NCBI GenBank assembly: GCA_012512325.1
Contig: JAAZEL010000050.1
Coordinates: forward strand, 337 to 64,336
Length of the DNA stretch: 64,000 bases
Source of the DNA: Candidatus Fermentithermobacillaceae bacterium
GTDB taxonomy: Bacteria; Bacillota; Sulfobacillia; Fermentithermobacillales; Fermentithermobacillaceae
Reading direction: 5' to 3'
The position numbers and the translations under genes were made by a program. Below are positions 49,008 to 57,448 of the stretch, in pieces. The notes below the pieces were generated by a model that ran no database searches, was not told the DNA's origin, and saw nothing but the letters and a program-made list of their open reading frames with translations. How positions within the stretch are numbered: the stretch's first letter is position 1; each line of letters opens with the position of its first letter.

Positions 49008-50999
49008 TCATATAGCCAATCTGCGTTCGCCCGTCCGCGGGGTCTTGACCCAGGTCTTGGGTTCCCTTCCTACAGCCTTGAGCAATAAAGCCGCAGTATA
49101 AGGCACGGGAAACATGAAGGCTGCCAGAGGCAGCAACATCAGTCCGGTGTATACCACAAGCCAACTGACCAAACCGTCGGGCGCAAGGGAGGTATCCAGG
49201 TATCGGCTGTACCGTCTGAAGGCATACACCGTAAATCCCAGGTAAACGACGGAGAATGTGCTGAGCATCCAATGGCCTGCAGGGGGCAATACATGCGGGT
49301 CAAGCAAGTTTTTGTACTGCAAGATCATGGCCACGGGCGGCACGAAGGTGGCCAGTTGATATGCAACCCATTCGACCTGCCCCTTTACGATCAGCCGCGC
49401 CTTGATCACGTTCCTTTCCCTGGCTTCGCCCATGAGCTCGTCTTCCAACTTGTCTACCACCTGAAGGTGGCCTGTGCCCCAGCGCAGCCTCTGTCTGAAA
49501 AATGCTTTGAAATTGGGGGGCGTCTGCTCGGAAGAAGGGTAAGGCAGGTACTCAGGCCATGCGGAATCCAACAAATAAGCCCTGACTCCAAGTTCCAAGT
49601 CTTCCGTGAGCACAGTATAGTCCCATCCGCCGATTTCAAACAGGAGCTTCTTCTCCACGAACACGTTGGTGCCGCCTACAAACGGTAGTCTCCTAAACAG
49701 CCACGGCAGGTACCAATCGTGGGCTATGGCCTGGTAAAGGGCGGCAATCCTGCAAAAGGGGCTCATACTGTAAAAATTCCTAACCTGAAACACGGGGCCT
49801 TGAAGTACCCTGGAAGCTGCAGGCTCGAGCAACCGCCTGTATCCAACGTACAGCAGCACATCCTCGTGGGGCCGGCTTTCAGCATCATAGAACCCACAAA
49901 TCTCCGATCGGGGATCCAGGAAGCTCAGCCCCCAGTTGAGGGCCCTGCCCTTGGTAGACGGTGCGCTCGTGCCGGTCCTCCCACCCCCCAGGCTGCCTTG
50001 GAAATCGAAGGGCACAACCACGTGCTTTACCTTAGGGTGCACCATGCCGTTGCGCTTCAGGTCTTCCTGTACCGACACCACAACCTCCTGGGTGGTGGGG
50101 TACATGTCCTTCAAAGCCCCAAGCAACTTCCGTTGAAGCTCCTTGGTCCTGGCCGCGGCCTTGAGCTCGGCAGCCACCCTGGCCGCTATGAATTCGGTCA
50201 TCCGCAAGATTATGTCTTGGGTAAGCCCGTGGTTTGCCCTGGCGGTATGGTTGATTGCTTTCTTGAGCACAGGATGGCCCGTATCGTCAAAAAGCCGGGT
50301 GTACGCTGCTAATACAGGCATAGACACAGCAAGGGAAGCAGGGTATATCCTGTCTATGTCGAGTTCAGACAGCCAGGGACACGCGGACTTGACGATACCC
50401 CTGAGGGTTTTCATCTTAGGCGCTCCTTTGCAGTTCAGGATCTCGATTGAAATATCCCTTACTATAGCCTGGCGTTCCTTGGCGGGAAGCAGGCATAGTT
50501 CAGGGATCCCCAGGGAACGGCCGTCTTCGAACTGCTTGGACAGGAATTCGGCAAGGGCGAAGTCGCTGAGTACCGCTATGATCCCTTCTCTGGCTTTCTG
50601 AGAGGCCTGAGCGGCGGCAAGTCGCCTATACATAAGCGCTTGTACCTCTTTGAACAGTCTCTGCCTTTCGTCGCGGGTTCCGTGGATCTCTTTCTCATCT
50701 GTCACTATGAGGATCTCCAAGGAATCCCGAGGGTAGTTCAGGGCCACAAGGTGCCTTATGGTGTTTTCAATCACATCAGCCTCGTTCCTTGCGGGGACAA
50801 GCACGCTTATGAACGGTACTTGTGTGCCCATCCTGTGGGCGAGGGCCGTGAGATCTGCCTGTGTGATCCTCGGCCGGCTGTTCCAATAGTTCCTTTCGCT
50901 GTAGCTTTTCCACACAAAGAACCTGGCAAAAAGCAGAAAAAACAACAAATATACAGAAAACGCTATGACGTACAGGGTCTCGGCCGTTGTCATTCCCAA
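49008..50999 (-). CDS. Processive family-2 glycosyltransferase (cellulose-synthase / PgaC-like GT-A) with a roughly 230-aa insertion and C-terminal TM bundle. TTG start.
   Basis: N-terminal TM. ISVLVPARNE...ILIVTDEKE (UDP-binding D). YDAESRP (DxD-like). LTEDLELG (TED). QRLRWGTG (QxxRW). 5-6 C-terminal TM. A long non-GT segment (about residues 110-340) sits between the first D motif and DAE. No PilZ domain. Confidence 0.7.
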   Translation of the reverse strand: MGMTTAETLYVIAFSVYLLFFLLFARFFVWKSYSERNYWNSRPRITQADLTALAHRMGTQVPFISVLVPARNEADVIENTIRHLVALNYPRDSLEILIVTDEKEIHGTRDERQRLFKEVQALMYRRLAAAQASQKAREGIIAVLSDFALAEFLSKQFEDGRSLGIPELCLLPAKERQAIVRDISIEILNCKGAPKMKTLRGIVKSACPWLSELDIDRIYPASLAVSMPVLAAYTRLFDDTGHPVLKKAINHTARANHGLTQDIILRMTEFIAARVAAELKAAARTKELQRKLLGALKDMYPTTQEVVVSVQEDLKRNGMVHPKVKHVVVPFDFQGSLGGGRTGTSAPSTKGRALNWGLSFLDPRSEICGFYDAESRPHEDVLLYVGYRRLLEPAASRVLQGPVFQVRNFYSMSPFCRIAALYQAIAHDWYLPWLFRRLPFVGGTNVFVEKKLLFEIGGWDYTVLTEDLELGVRAYLLDSAWPEYLPYPSSEQTPPNFKAFFRQRLRWGTGHLQVVDKLEDELMGEARERNVIKARLIVKGQVEWVAYQLATFVPPVAMILQYKNLLDPHVLPPAGHWMLSTFSVVYLGFTVYAFRRYSRYLDTSLAPDGLVSWLVVYTGLMLLPLAAFMFPVPYTAALLLKAVGREPKTWVKTPRTGERRLAI

Positions 51000-51089
51000 T
51001 GCGGGCCTCCTCTTGCGTTACTGGCGGGCTGTTTTGTCTTTCACCCAGACTAGTTTTGCGCTATACAGCCCCGCCTATTCGTCACGCAA

Positions 51090-51126
51090 GGGAAAGGAGC
51101 GGCCCAAGCCGAGCCGCTCCTTTTCG
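51090..51126. terminator. GC-rich hairpin GGAGCGGC-loop-GCCGCTCC flanked by T/A runs. Likely an intrinsic terminator for the cpgS-like gene. A second perfect 8-bp palindrome lies at 51148-51165.
   Basis: Read directly. Stem 51096-51103 / 51113-51120 with tttt on one side and ggaaa on the other. ccgggcgggtccgcccgg at 51148-51165. Confidence 0.45.
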
Positions 51127-51207
51127 CTCTAAGCCGGTCAGGCAGGTCCGGGCGGGTCCGCCCGGAGCTATGCTCCGGTTCAGCCGGACTCCCGGCAGGA
51201 TCCCCTC

Positions 51208-52530
51208 CTAGAGGATACCGCCCACCATCTTGATGGCAGCCGCCAGGTCAGGCGTGCCAACTTCCTGCAGTTCGTACCTTACCCTGAGGGAAGGCTTCTC
51301 TATCTTCATCACCCTCCGAAGATCGATGGGCGTGGCAATTATCACAAGGTCGCAGTCAACCTTGTTGACCGTCTCCTCCAGTTCCCTAACCTGCTTGGGT
51401 GAATAGCCCATGGCAGGCAGCAAAGACCCGATGTGCCCGTAGGCTTCAAAGGTCTCCTTGATGCTGCCAACCGCCCAAGGCCTGGGATCCACCGTTTCAG
51501 CCGCCCCCCACTTCCTGGCGGCTATCATCCCGGCACCGTAAGCCATCTCGCCGTGGGTGAGGGTCGGACCGTCCTCTATCACCAGCACCCGCTTGCCCGT
51601 AATCTCCCCCGGATTGTCTACAATAAGCGGTGACGCGGCTTCAACGATTATCGCCTTGGGGCATAGCTCCCGTATCGTGTTGCGCAGCTCATCCACATGC
51701 TTGGGTTCGGCGGTGTCAATCTTGTTGATCACCACTATGTCCGCCATCCTCAGGTTGGTCTCCCCGGGATGGTACAGTATCTCGTGGCCCGGCCTGTGGG
51801 GGTCTACCAGCACAATGTGGCAGTCGGTCCGGTAGAAAGGCACATCGTTGTTGCCGCCGTCCCACAGGATGACATCGGCTTCATCTTCAGCCCACTTCAG
51901 GATCTCCCCGTAATCAACCCCTGCAAAAACCACAATCCCCCGGTCGATGTGGGGTTCGTACTCTTCTCTCTCCTCAATGGTGCACTTGTGGATATCAAGG
52001 TCCTCATAGGAGGCAAACCTCTGCCAGATCTGCTCCTCAAGGTTCCCGTAGGGCATGGGATGGCGCACCACCACAACCTTCTTGCCGGCAGCCTCAAGCA
52101 GCCCTGCCACCCTCCTGGTGGTCTGGCTCTTGCCCACACCCGTCCTCACCGCACAAACCGAGATAACAGGCTTGTTCGACTTTATGGCGGTGGAACTAAA
52201 GCCGAGGAGCTTGAAATCCGCCCCTTTGGCCAATACCATCGATGCCTTGTGCATCAGGTCCACATGGGAAATGTCGCTGTAAGAAAACACTACTTCGTCG
52301 ACCTTGTACTTCTCAATGAGTTCAGGCAAGTCCGCTTCTGCATAGATGGGAATGCCCTCAGGATAGATCTCGCCCGCAAGCTTTGCCGGATATGTACGCC
52401 CTTCAATGTCAGGAATCTGGGTGGCCGTAAAGCACACCACTTCAGCGTCGGGATTGCCCCTGTATACCGTGTTGAAATTGTGAAAATCCCTTCCCGCGGC
52501 CCCCATAATGATGGTCTTCTTCGGTGCCAA
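51208..52530 (-). CDS. P-loop NTPase resembling cyclic 2,3-diphosphoglycerate synthetase (cpgS family, or a DUF1611-like Rossmann + P-loop architecture)
   Basis: N-terminal Rossmann-like GAAGRDFHNF. Mid-protein Walker A VRTGVGKSQTT. About 440 aa. Assignment to the cpgS family is by recall and not verified. Confidence 0.4.
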   Translation of the reverse strand: MAPKKTIIMGAAGRDFHNFNTVYRGNPDAEVVCFTATQIPDIEGRTYPAKLAGEIYPEGIPIYAEADLPELIEKYKVDEVVFSYSDISHVDLMHKASMVLAKGADFKLLGFSSTAIKSNKPVISVCAVRTGVGKSQTTRRVAGLLEAAGKKVVVVRHPMPYGNLEEQIWQRFASYEDLDIHKCTIEEREEYEPHIDRGIVVFAGVDYGEILKWAEDEADVILWDGGNNDVPFYRTDCHIVLVDPHRPGHEILYHPGETNLRMADIVVINKIDTAEPKHVDELRNTIRELCPKAIIVEAASPLIVDNPGEITGKRVLVIEDGPTLTHGEMAYGAGMIAARKWGAAETVDPRPWAVGSIKETFEAYGHIGSLLPAMGYSPKQVRELEETVNKVDCDLVIIATPIDLRRVMKIEKPSLRVRYELQEVGTPDLAAAIKMVGGIL

Positions 52531-52568
52531 CTAAACCCCTCCTGTTCTTGTTTTTGTTTGCACAAGTT

Positions 52569-53582
52569 TCAGATCCACACCTTGCCTGTTATGTCGGCCG
52601 GCCTCAAACAGCCTGGACAGGCCTGCTGGCTGAGGCTAGCTCGCTCTAGTTCCAGAGCCCCTCTTTCCAAGAGCACCGTTCCGCATTGAGGGCAAATGGT
52701 GTCAGCATACCCCTTCTTCCATGCATTTCCGATATACACGTAATGCAGTTTCTCCCCGGCTATCCCTCGAAGCCTTTCCAGGGTGGGGATAGGGGTGGGT
52801 GGTTTGTCATACTTGTACGCGGGGAAGTAGCGCGAAAGATGCAGCGGTATCGCGGGGTTAATCCGGCTGAGCCATGTTGCTAAGCTGTCTATGTGTTCAT
52901 CTGCGTCGTTCTCCCCTGGTATCACCAGATAGGCAACCTCCACCCATACTCCGGCATCGGCAGCCTGTTCCACGGTGCGGCGCACAGGGTCCGCCTTTCC
53001 CCGGATGACGCGGCGATAGAAGCCTTCATCCCAAGCTTTTGCGTCGATGTTCATGGCATCGATGAGGGGAATAAGCTCATCAAGGGGCTCCGGTTGGATG
53101 TACCCGTTGGTAACAAGTACGTTCACAAACCCTTCCGCCCCGGCGAGCTCAGCACATTCCCTTACAAACTCATACCACACTGTAGGCTCGTTGTAGGTGT
53201 AAGCCATTCCTATGGTACTCGGATACCTCCGCTGCTGGGAGGCGCAGATGCTTATCACTTGCTCGGGAGTGAGCTCAGTGCAAGTAGGCTTCACCTGGGA
53301 AATCCTCCAGTTCTGGCAGAAGGCGCATTGGAAGCTGCATCCGTAAGTCCCCACCGAAAGCACCAAAGCGCCCGGGTGAAAATGAAACAGGGGCTTCTTC
53401 TCTATGGGATCAAGACAGATGGATGCCACTTGCCCGTAATTGAGGGAGTAAAGCCGTCCTCCCCGGTTCTCCCTCACCTTGCAGACACCGGGTTTTCCGG
53501 GCACAATCACACACGCGTTGGGGCACAGCACGCACTTAACCTTGTCGTCCCCTAGGGACTCCCACCAAAGCGCCTCTTTCAA
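52569..53582 (-). CDS. AmmeMemoRadiSam system radical SAM enzyme (PFL-activase-like)
   Basis: CSFQCAFCQNW (Cx3Cx2C). About 335 aa with an N-terminal Cys-rich stretch. Directly downstream of a Memo/AMMECR1 fusion gene. Confidence 0.75.
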   Translation of the reverse strand: MKEALWWESLGDDKVKCVLCPNACVIVPGKPGVCKVRENRGGRLYSLNYGQVASICLDPIEKKPLFHFHPGALVLSVGTYGCSFQCAFCQNWRISQVKPTCTELTPEQVISICASQQRRYPSTIGMAYTYNEPTVWYEFVRECAELAGAEGFVNVLVTNGYIQPEPLDELIPLIDAMNIDAKAWDEGFYRRVIRGKADPVRRTVEQAADAGVWVEVAYLVIPGENDADEHIDSLATWLSRINPAIPLHLSRYFPAYKYDKPPTPIPTLERLRGIAGEKLHYVYIGNAWKKGYADTICPQCGTVLLERGALELERASLSQQACPGCLRPADITGKVWI

Positions 53583-53609
53583 ACCCCTAGCCTCCTTGCA
53601 GGCTGACCT

Positions 53610-55016
53610 TTACCTGAACCGTTCCACGGTAAACCTGTGCAGTCTCACATTGCTGTCGTAGGGGTCGATGCCCGCCTTGCGCTTGGCGATGGACACCTGT
53701 TCCGCCGCGGTATCGATGCCCGGCAAGTCGGGCAGAAGCAGGCCTTTCCTGCCGCCCTTGACGCAGATGACCCCGTACTTCTTGGGCTCAAGTTCTGCTA
53801 CGCTGTCTACAGGTTCGGGGGCGGACAGAATATCCACTGAATATTCCAACATATCAAGTTCGTCAGTTTCCACAGGCGAAAACCTGGGATCACGCGTTGC
53901 GGCACTTACTGCGTTCTGGATTATTTCCTCGGCAATGCTTCCGGTGCTGGGCTCAGTGGTGCCTATGCAACCTCTCAGATTGCCTTCTTTATATATTGAT
54001 ACAAATACTCCGGCCTTCCCTGTGAACTCCTCGGGGATGTCACCTTCAGCCACAAGCGGTTTCCCTGTCCTTACGTAGTGCTCGACTGCCTTGCGGGCAA
54101 GGGACACCGGGAAACTCTCTCCCCGGCGTTTCTTCGCCATCTTGTCTTGCTTGTGCCTGATGATGTCGGGGATGCGCGACTTGCCTTTGCCTACGGGCCT
54201 GAACAGGGCTACGCCATACCCTACTCCCCACGGGCCTTCGTACGACAAGATCTCGGGTTCCGCCACAACTTCATCAAGGCATCCAAGCATGACCGCAATA
54301 GGCCTCAAACCACATTCTCCTGCGTCGGCAATCAACTGGCCGGGCATTGACAAGATGTCTTCCACTGAGAACGATCTTAGTTTCTCCATCAGGAGCTCAT
54401 CAAACACCTTGCCCTGCTCATTGTAGCCTGCAGGTGCGTCAGGCTTCAGCCTGTGGGACAGATCTCCGGAGGCAAGCACTGCAATTCTGCGCCCCAGGCT
54501 CGAGGCCGCTTGGGCAACGGTCTTGCCGAAACGATACAGATCGAGGTAAGGCAACATCCCTATGTTTATGATGGCAACCGGTGCGTCAAGACCATGTTTT
54601 AGAATGAAGTGGACGGGAACCAGCACACCGTGGTCCAACCGTGGCTTAATCCCGTACCAAGAAAGTTGCCTCTTGTCCAGTAGCACAACGTGTAACCCGG
54701 CATCCCTGCTGTGGCGGATCACTGCGTTTGCCAGTTCCAAATCGTTCTTGAGCCTCGCTCCTACCATCCCTGCGCCGAACTGCCCGAAATCTCCTTCAAG
54801 CTCCGGGAGCCCGGCCATTGACAATGCATCTGAAAACACAGGGCCGTGGGGGGTGATGATGACCAGCGTGTCGGGTTGGACTTGGGAAAAAGCTTTCCCC
54901 AGTGCATCCATGGCGCGTATAGTGCTGCTTGCAGCGTTTTCCTCACCCCGCCCTATCTCGGGAATGATGATGGGCGGGTGCGGTGCCAAGCCCGCCAGAA
55001 CCACACTATCCGGCAC
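53610..55016 (-). CDS. Fusion of a Memo/LigB-like (class III extradiol-dioxygenase fold) domain with an AMMECR1 domain (AmmeMemoRadiSam proteins B + A)
   Basis: N-terminal roughly 270 aa with LAPHPPIIIPE and His-rich metal-site-like blocks. C-terminal roughly 180 aa with the AMMECR1 signature LRGCIG. The start overlaps the orr stop by 11 nt. Confidence 0.7.
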   Translation of the reverse strand: MPDSVVLAGLAPHPPIIIPEIGRGEENAASSTIRAMDALGKAFSQVQPDTLVIITPHGPVFSDALSMAGLPELEGDFGQFGAGMVGARLKNDLELANAVIRHSRDAGLHVVLLDKRQLSWYGIKPRLDHGVLVPVHFILKHGLDAPVAIINIGMLPYLDLYRFGKTVAQAASSLGRRIAVLASGDLSHRLKPDAPAGYNEQGKVFDELLMEKLRSFSVEDILSMPGQLIADAGECGLRPIAVMLGCLDEVVAEPEILSYEGPWGVGYGVALFRPVGKGKSRIPDIIRHKQDKMAKKRRGESFPVSLARKAVEHYVRTGKPLVAEGDIPEEFTGKAGVFVSIYKEGNLRGCIGTTEPSTGSIAEEIIQNAVSAATRDPRFSPVETDELDMLEYSVDILSAPEPVDSVAELEPKKYGVICVKGGRKGLLLPDLPGIDTAAEQVSIAKRKAGIDPYDSNVRLHRFTVERFR

Positions 55017-56085
55017 CTTCGGATACCTCCTTGGTCACAAAAGGAGAAGTAAACGCCTTTAACAGGGTACCGTAAGACAGACCGAACCCGAGAAGGTCGC
55101 CTACGTTTACGGGACACTCAGCCTCCTCCACGTCGCAAATCAGGTGATCTGACGAGGCACCCAGGATTTCCACGCCTTTTACCAGAGGAACCAGCGACGA
55201 AGGATCTATATCCTGCCGACCTACTGACAGGATGGCTCTGCGTCTCAAACCCTTGTCCTCAAACACAGGCACGTTCCCAAAAGCATCCTGCCCGATTTCT
55301 CCGATTGGCTTGGACGGCTTGGTCTTTACTTCAATCACCTCTGCTTTGAACAGGAAGGCATCCCTATGGCAGCCGGGTATTGGTTTCCTCTCCACGGCTT
55401 CAGTCCCAAGCAGGATACTCTCGCCAATCCTGAGTTCGGTTATACCGCGGGGCATTTGCCCCTCCAGAACCAACTTCATGTTGGCCGACGTTCCCCCTGA
55501 CACCCGCTCAAGGGGCCTGCCTATGCGCTCTTCCACTTCTTGCTTCACCTGAAGGAGCAATTCCATCTTTTCCCGGGTGGGAATCACCCCCCCGTAACAC
55601 GCCATGTTAGTACCTATGCCCAGCAAACGGATGCCTGGTATCCGGTCAAACCGGGCCGCCACCTCAGCTGCTTGTTCCGGCATGACGCCTTCCCGGAGGT
55701 CCCCCACATCCACCATTAGGATTACATTGTGCACTATCCCTGCCTTGGCTGCAGCTTCCCCCAGAAGTCTCACGATGGCTGTTTCAGAATTGAGGCTGGT
55801 ATCTGCGTAACGCACAGCTTCTGCGCACACGGAAGGCCCGGGCGCTCTGAGAAGTATTGTTTCTCCCCGGTAACCCTGCTCCCGTATCCGCCTCAAGTTG
55901 TCTATCCTGGAATCGCCCATAGCCGCAACCCCGCCTGACACCATGGCTTCCACAACGGCAGGGTGTGCGCAAACCCCTTTGGCCACCCCCACAAGACGCA
56001 TGCCTTGCTTCGAAAGGAGCTCCGAAAGCGCCCTCGCATTATGTTCCAACTTGGCCTTGTCTATTGTAATAACCGGATACCTCAT
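55006..56085 (-). CDS. orr: Ornithine racemase (alanine-racemase-fold PLP enzyme)
   Basis: N-terminal VGVAKGV (PLP-lysine region of the alanine racemase fold). About 355 aa. Position at the end of the ord-ort-ora operon. Confidence 0.75.
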   Translation of the reverse strand: MRYPVITIDKAKLEHNARALSELLSKQGMRLVGVAKGVCAHPAVVEAMVSGGVAAMGDSRIDNLRRIREQGYRGETILLRAPGPSVCAEAVRYADTSLNSETAIVRLLGEAAAKAGIVHNVILMVDVGDLREGVMPEQAAEVAARFDRIPGIRLLGIGTNMACYGGVIPTREKMELLLQVKQEVEERIGRPLERVSGGTSANMKLVLEGQMPRGITELRIGESILLGTEAVERKPIPGCHRDAFLFKAEVIEVKTKPSKPIGEIGQDAFGNVPVFEDKGLRRRAILSVGRQDIDPSSLVPLVKGVEILGASSDHLICDVEEAECPVNVGDLLGFGLSYGTLLKAFTSPFVTKEVSEGAG

Positions 56086-57448
56086 GGTTCAACCCCAAGC
56101 TTTGCAATAATAGGTTCTTGGCCTGTTCGGGGAATCTCTTTGACAGCACCCCGCACATTGCCATGATATATTGGCTATCCAGCGCCACCTCAGCCGCCGC
56201 GGGGTAGAGCTCCCTGCCGTACCCTTTGCCTATGAGCCCTGAGAGAGCCTCTGCCCCCCCGGGCAACCTGGTAAGGGGCCCGCCGGTTCCGATGATTAGC
56301 CTGACGCTTGAAAGATCTTTGCCTGAAGCCACTGTCATCCTGCCTTGCGGCCCGTACAAATGCTTTATGACGCCAACATGCCGCTTGAACGCCATGTTGA
56401 CCGCCGCGTCCCTCAGGTAGCACACCAGTTTGACCTGGTGTTCAGTCTTGGGTATTACCTCCAGCCTTTGGAGCACCGGCCACGGGTCAAACCCCAGTTC
56501 CAGTTGTACCCTGTCTTGGACCAGTTCGGCGATGTTCCGGGCATTCACGTGAATCCCCAGGTCCCCCTCAACGGTCCTCTTTGCCAGGGGCTCGGGAGCT
56601 TCCAGCATCGCCTGGATTTCAGGGCTCCCCTTTGCCACAGAGTGGACGTCCACGGTGGCCCCGCCGACATCGACGGCGCACAGGTCCCCCAGGACGGGCC
56701 AGAGGAGTTTGCACGCCTCCATCACAGCCCCGGGAGTAGGCATTATCGGGCCGTCCACTAAGGTCCTGATCTTGTCCATGCCGGGGGCGGTCACTATGTG
56801 TTCCTCAAATGCTTGCTGGATCACCCGTCTGGCCGGTTCGACCACAAGCTCATCCACCTTGGGATAGACATTATCTACAAAGTACGTCTTGGCGCCCGCT
56901 TGCTCAAAGATATCCCTTATCTGAGGTCGGGCCGCAACGTTACCTGCGTAGATTACCGGGCATCCCACTTTGCTGTCGGCGATCATCTTTGCATTCCAGA
57001 TGGCGGTATGCTTCTCGCCGTAATCCACACCGCCTGCCAGGAGGATAATCTTGGGCTTTAGGCGCCTGAGCTCTTCCACGTCTGATTGGGTCATCTCTCC
57101 TGCGGTCACCATCTTGATCACTGCCCCGGCACCCAAGGCGGCTTCCCTGGCAGCCCTCACCGTCATGTCGTAAACCAGGCCGTGGACGCTCATGGACAGC
57201 CCCCCTGCCGCGCTGGAAGCTGCCATCATTAAGTCCCATTGGAGATCATCAGGGCTTGCTTCTCCCAAGTTCGAAGCCAAATCGCGTATGGCAGACCTGA
57301 GCGCAACTGTCACATCTCCGGGGTCTTCCAGGGTAGCTCCCATACCCTGGCCCAGGAGGCGCGGGGTATCCCCGCCGCCTCCCAGGTCAACTGCATTTAC
57401 TGCCGTGGTGGTACTACCGATTTCAGCTACAAGCACGTCAATTTTCAT
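56039..57448 (-). CDS. MutL-like (glutamate mutase L family, ASKHA) protein associated with ornithine aminomutase; possible reactivase/chaperone
   Basis: EIGSTTTAVNAV and VDVGGATVDVHSV ASKHA motifs. About 470 aa. Lies between oraE and orr. Confidence 0.7.
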   Translation of the reverse strand: MKIDVLVAEIGSTTTAVNAVDLGGGGDTPRLLGQGMGATLEDPGDVTVALRSAIRDLASNLGEASPDDLQWDLMMAASSAAGGLSMSVHGLVYDMTVRAAREAALGAGAVIKMVTAGEMTQSDVEELRRLKPKIILLAGGVDYGEKHTAIWNAKMIADSKVGCPVIYAGNVAARPQIRDIFEQAGAKTYFVDNVYPKVDELVVEPARRVIQQAFEEHIVTAPGMDKIRTLVDGPIMPTPGAVMEACKLLWPVLGDLCAVDVGGATVDVHSVAKGSPEIQAMLEAPEPLAKRTVEGDLGIHVNARNIAELVQDRVQLELGFDPWPVLQRLEVIPKTEHQVKLVCYLRDAAVNMAFKRHVGVIKHLYGPQGRMTVASGKDLSSVRLIIGTGGPLTRLPGGAEALSGLIGKGYGRELYPAAAEVALDSQYIMAMCGVLSKRFPEQAKNLLLQSLGLNHEVSGYYNRQGQVGT

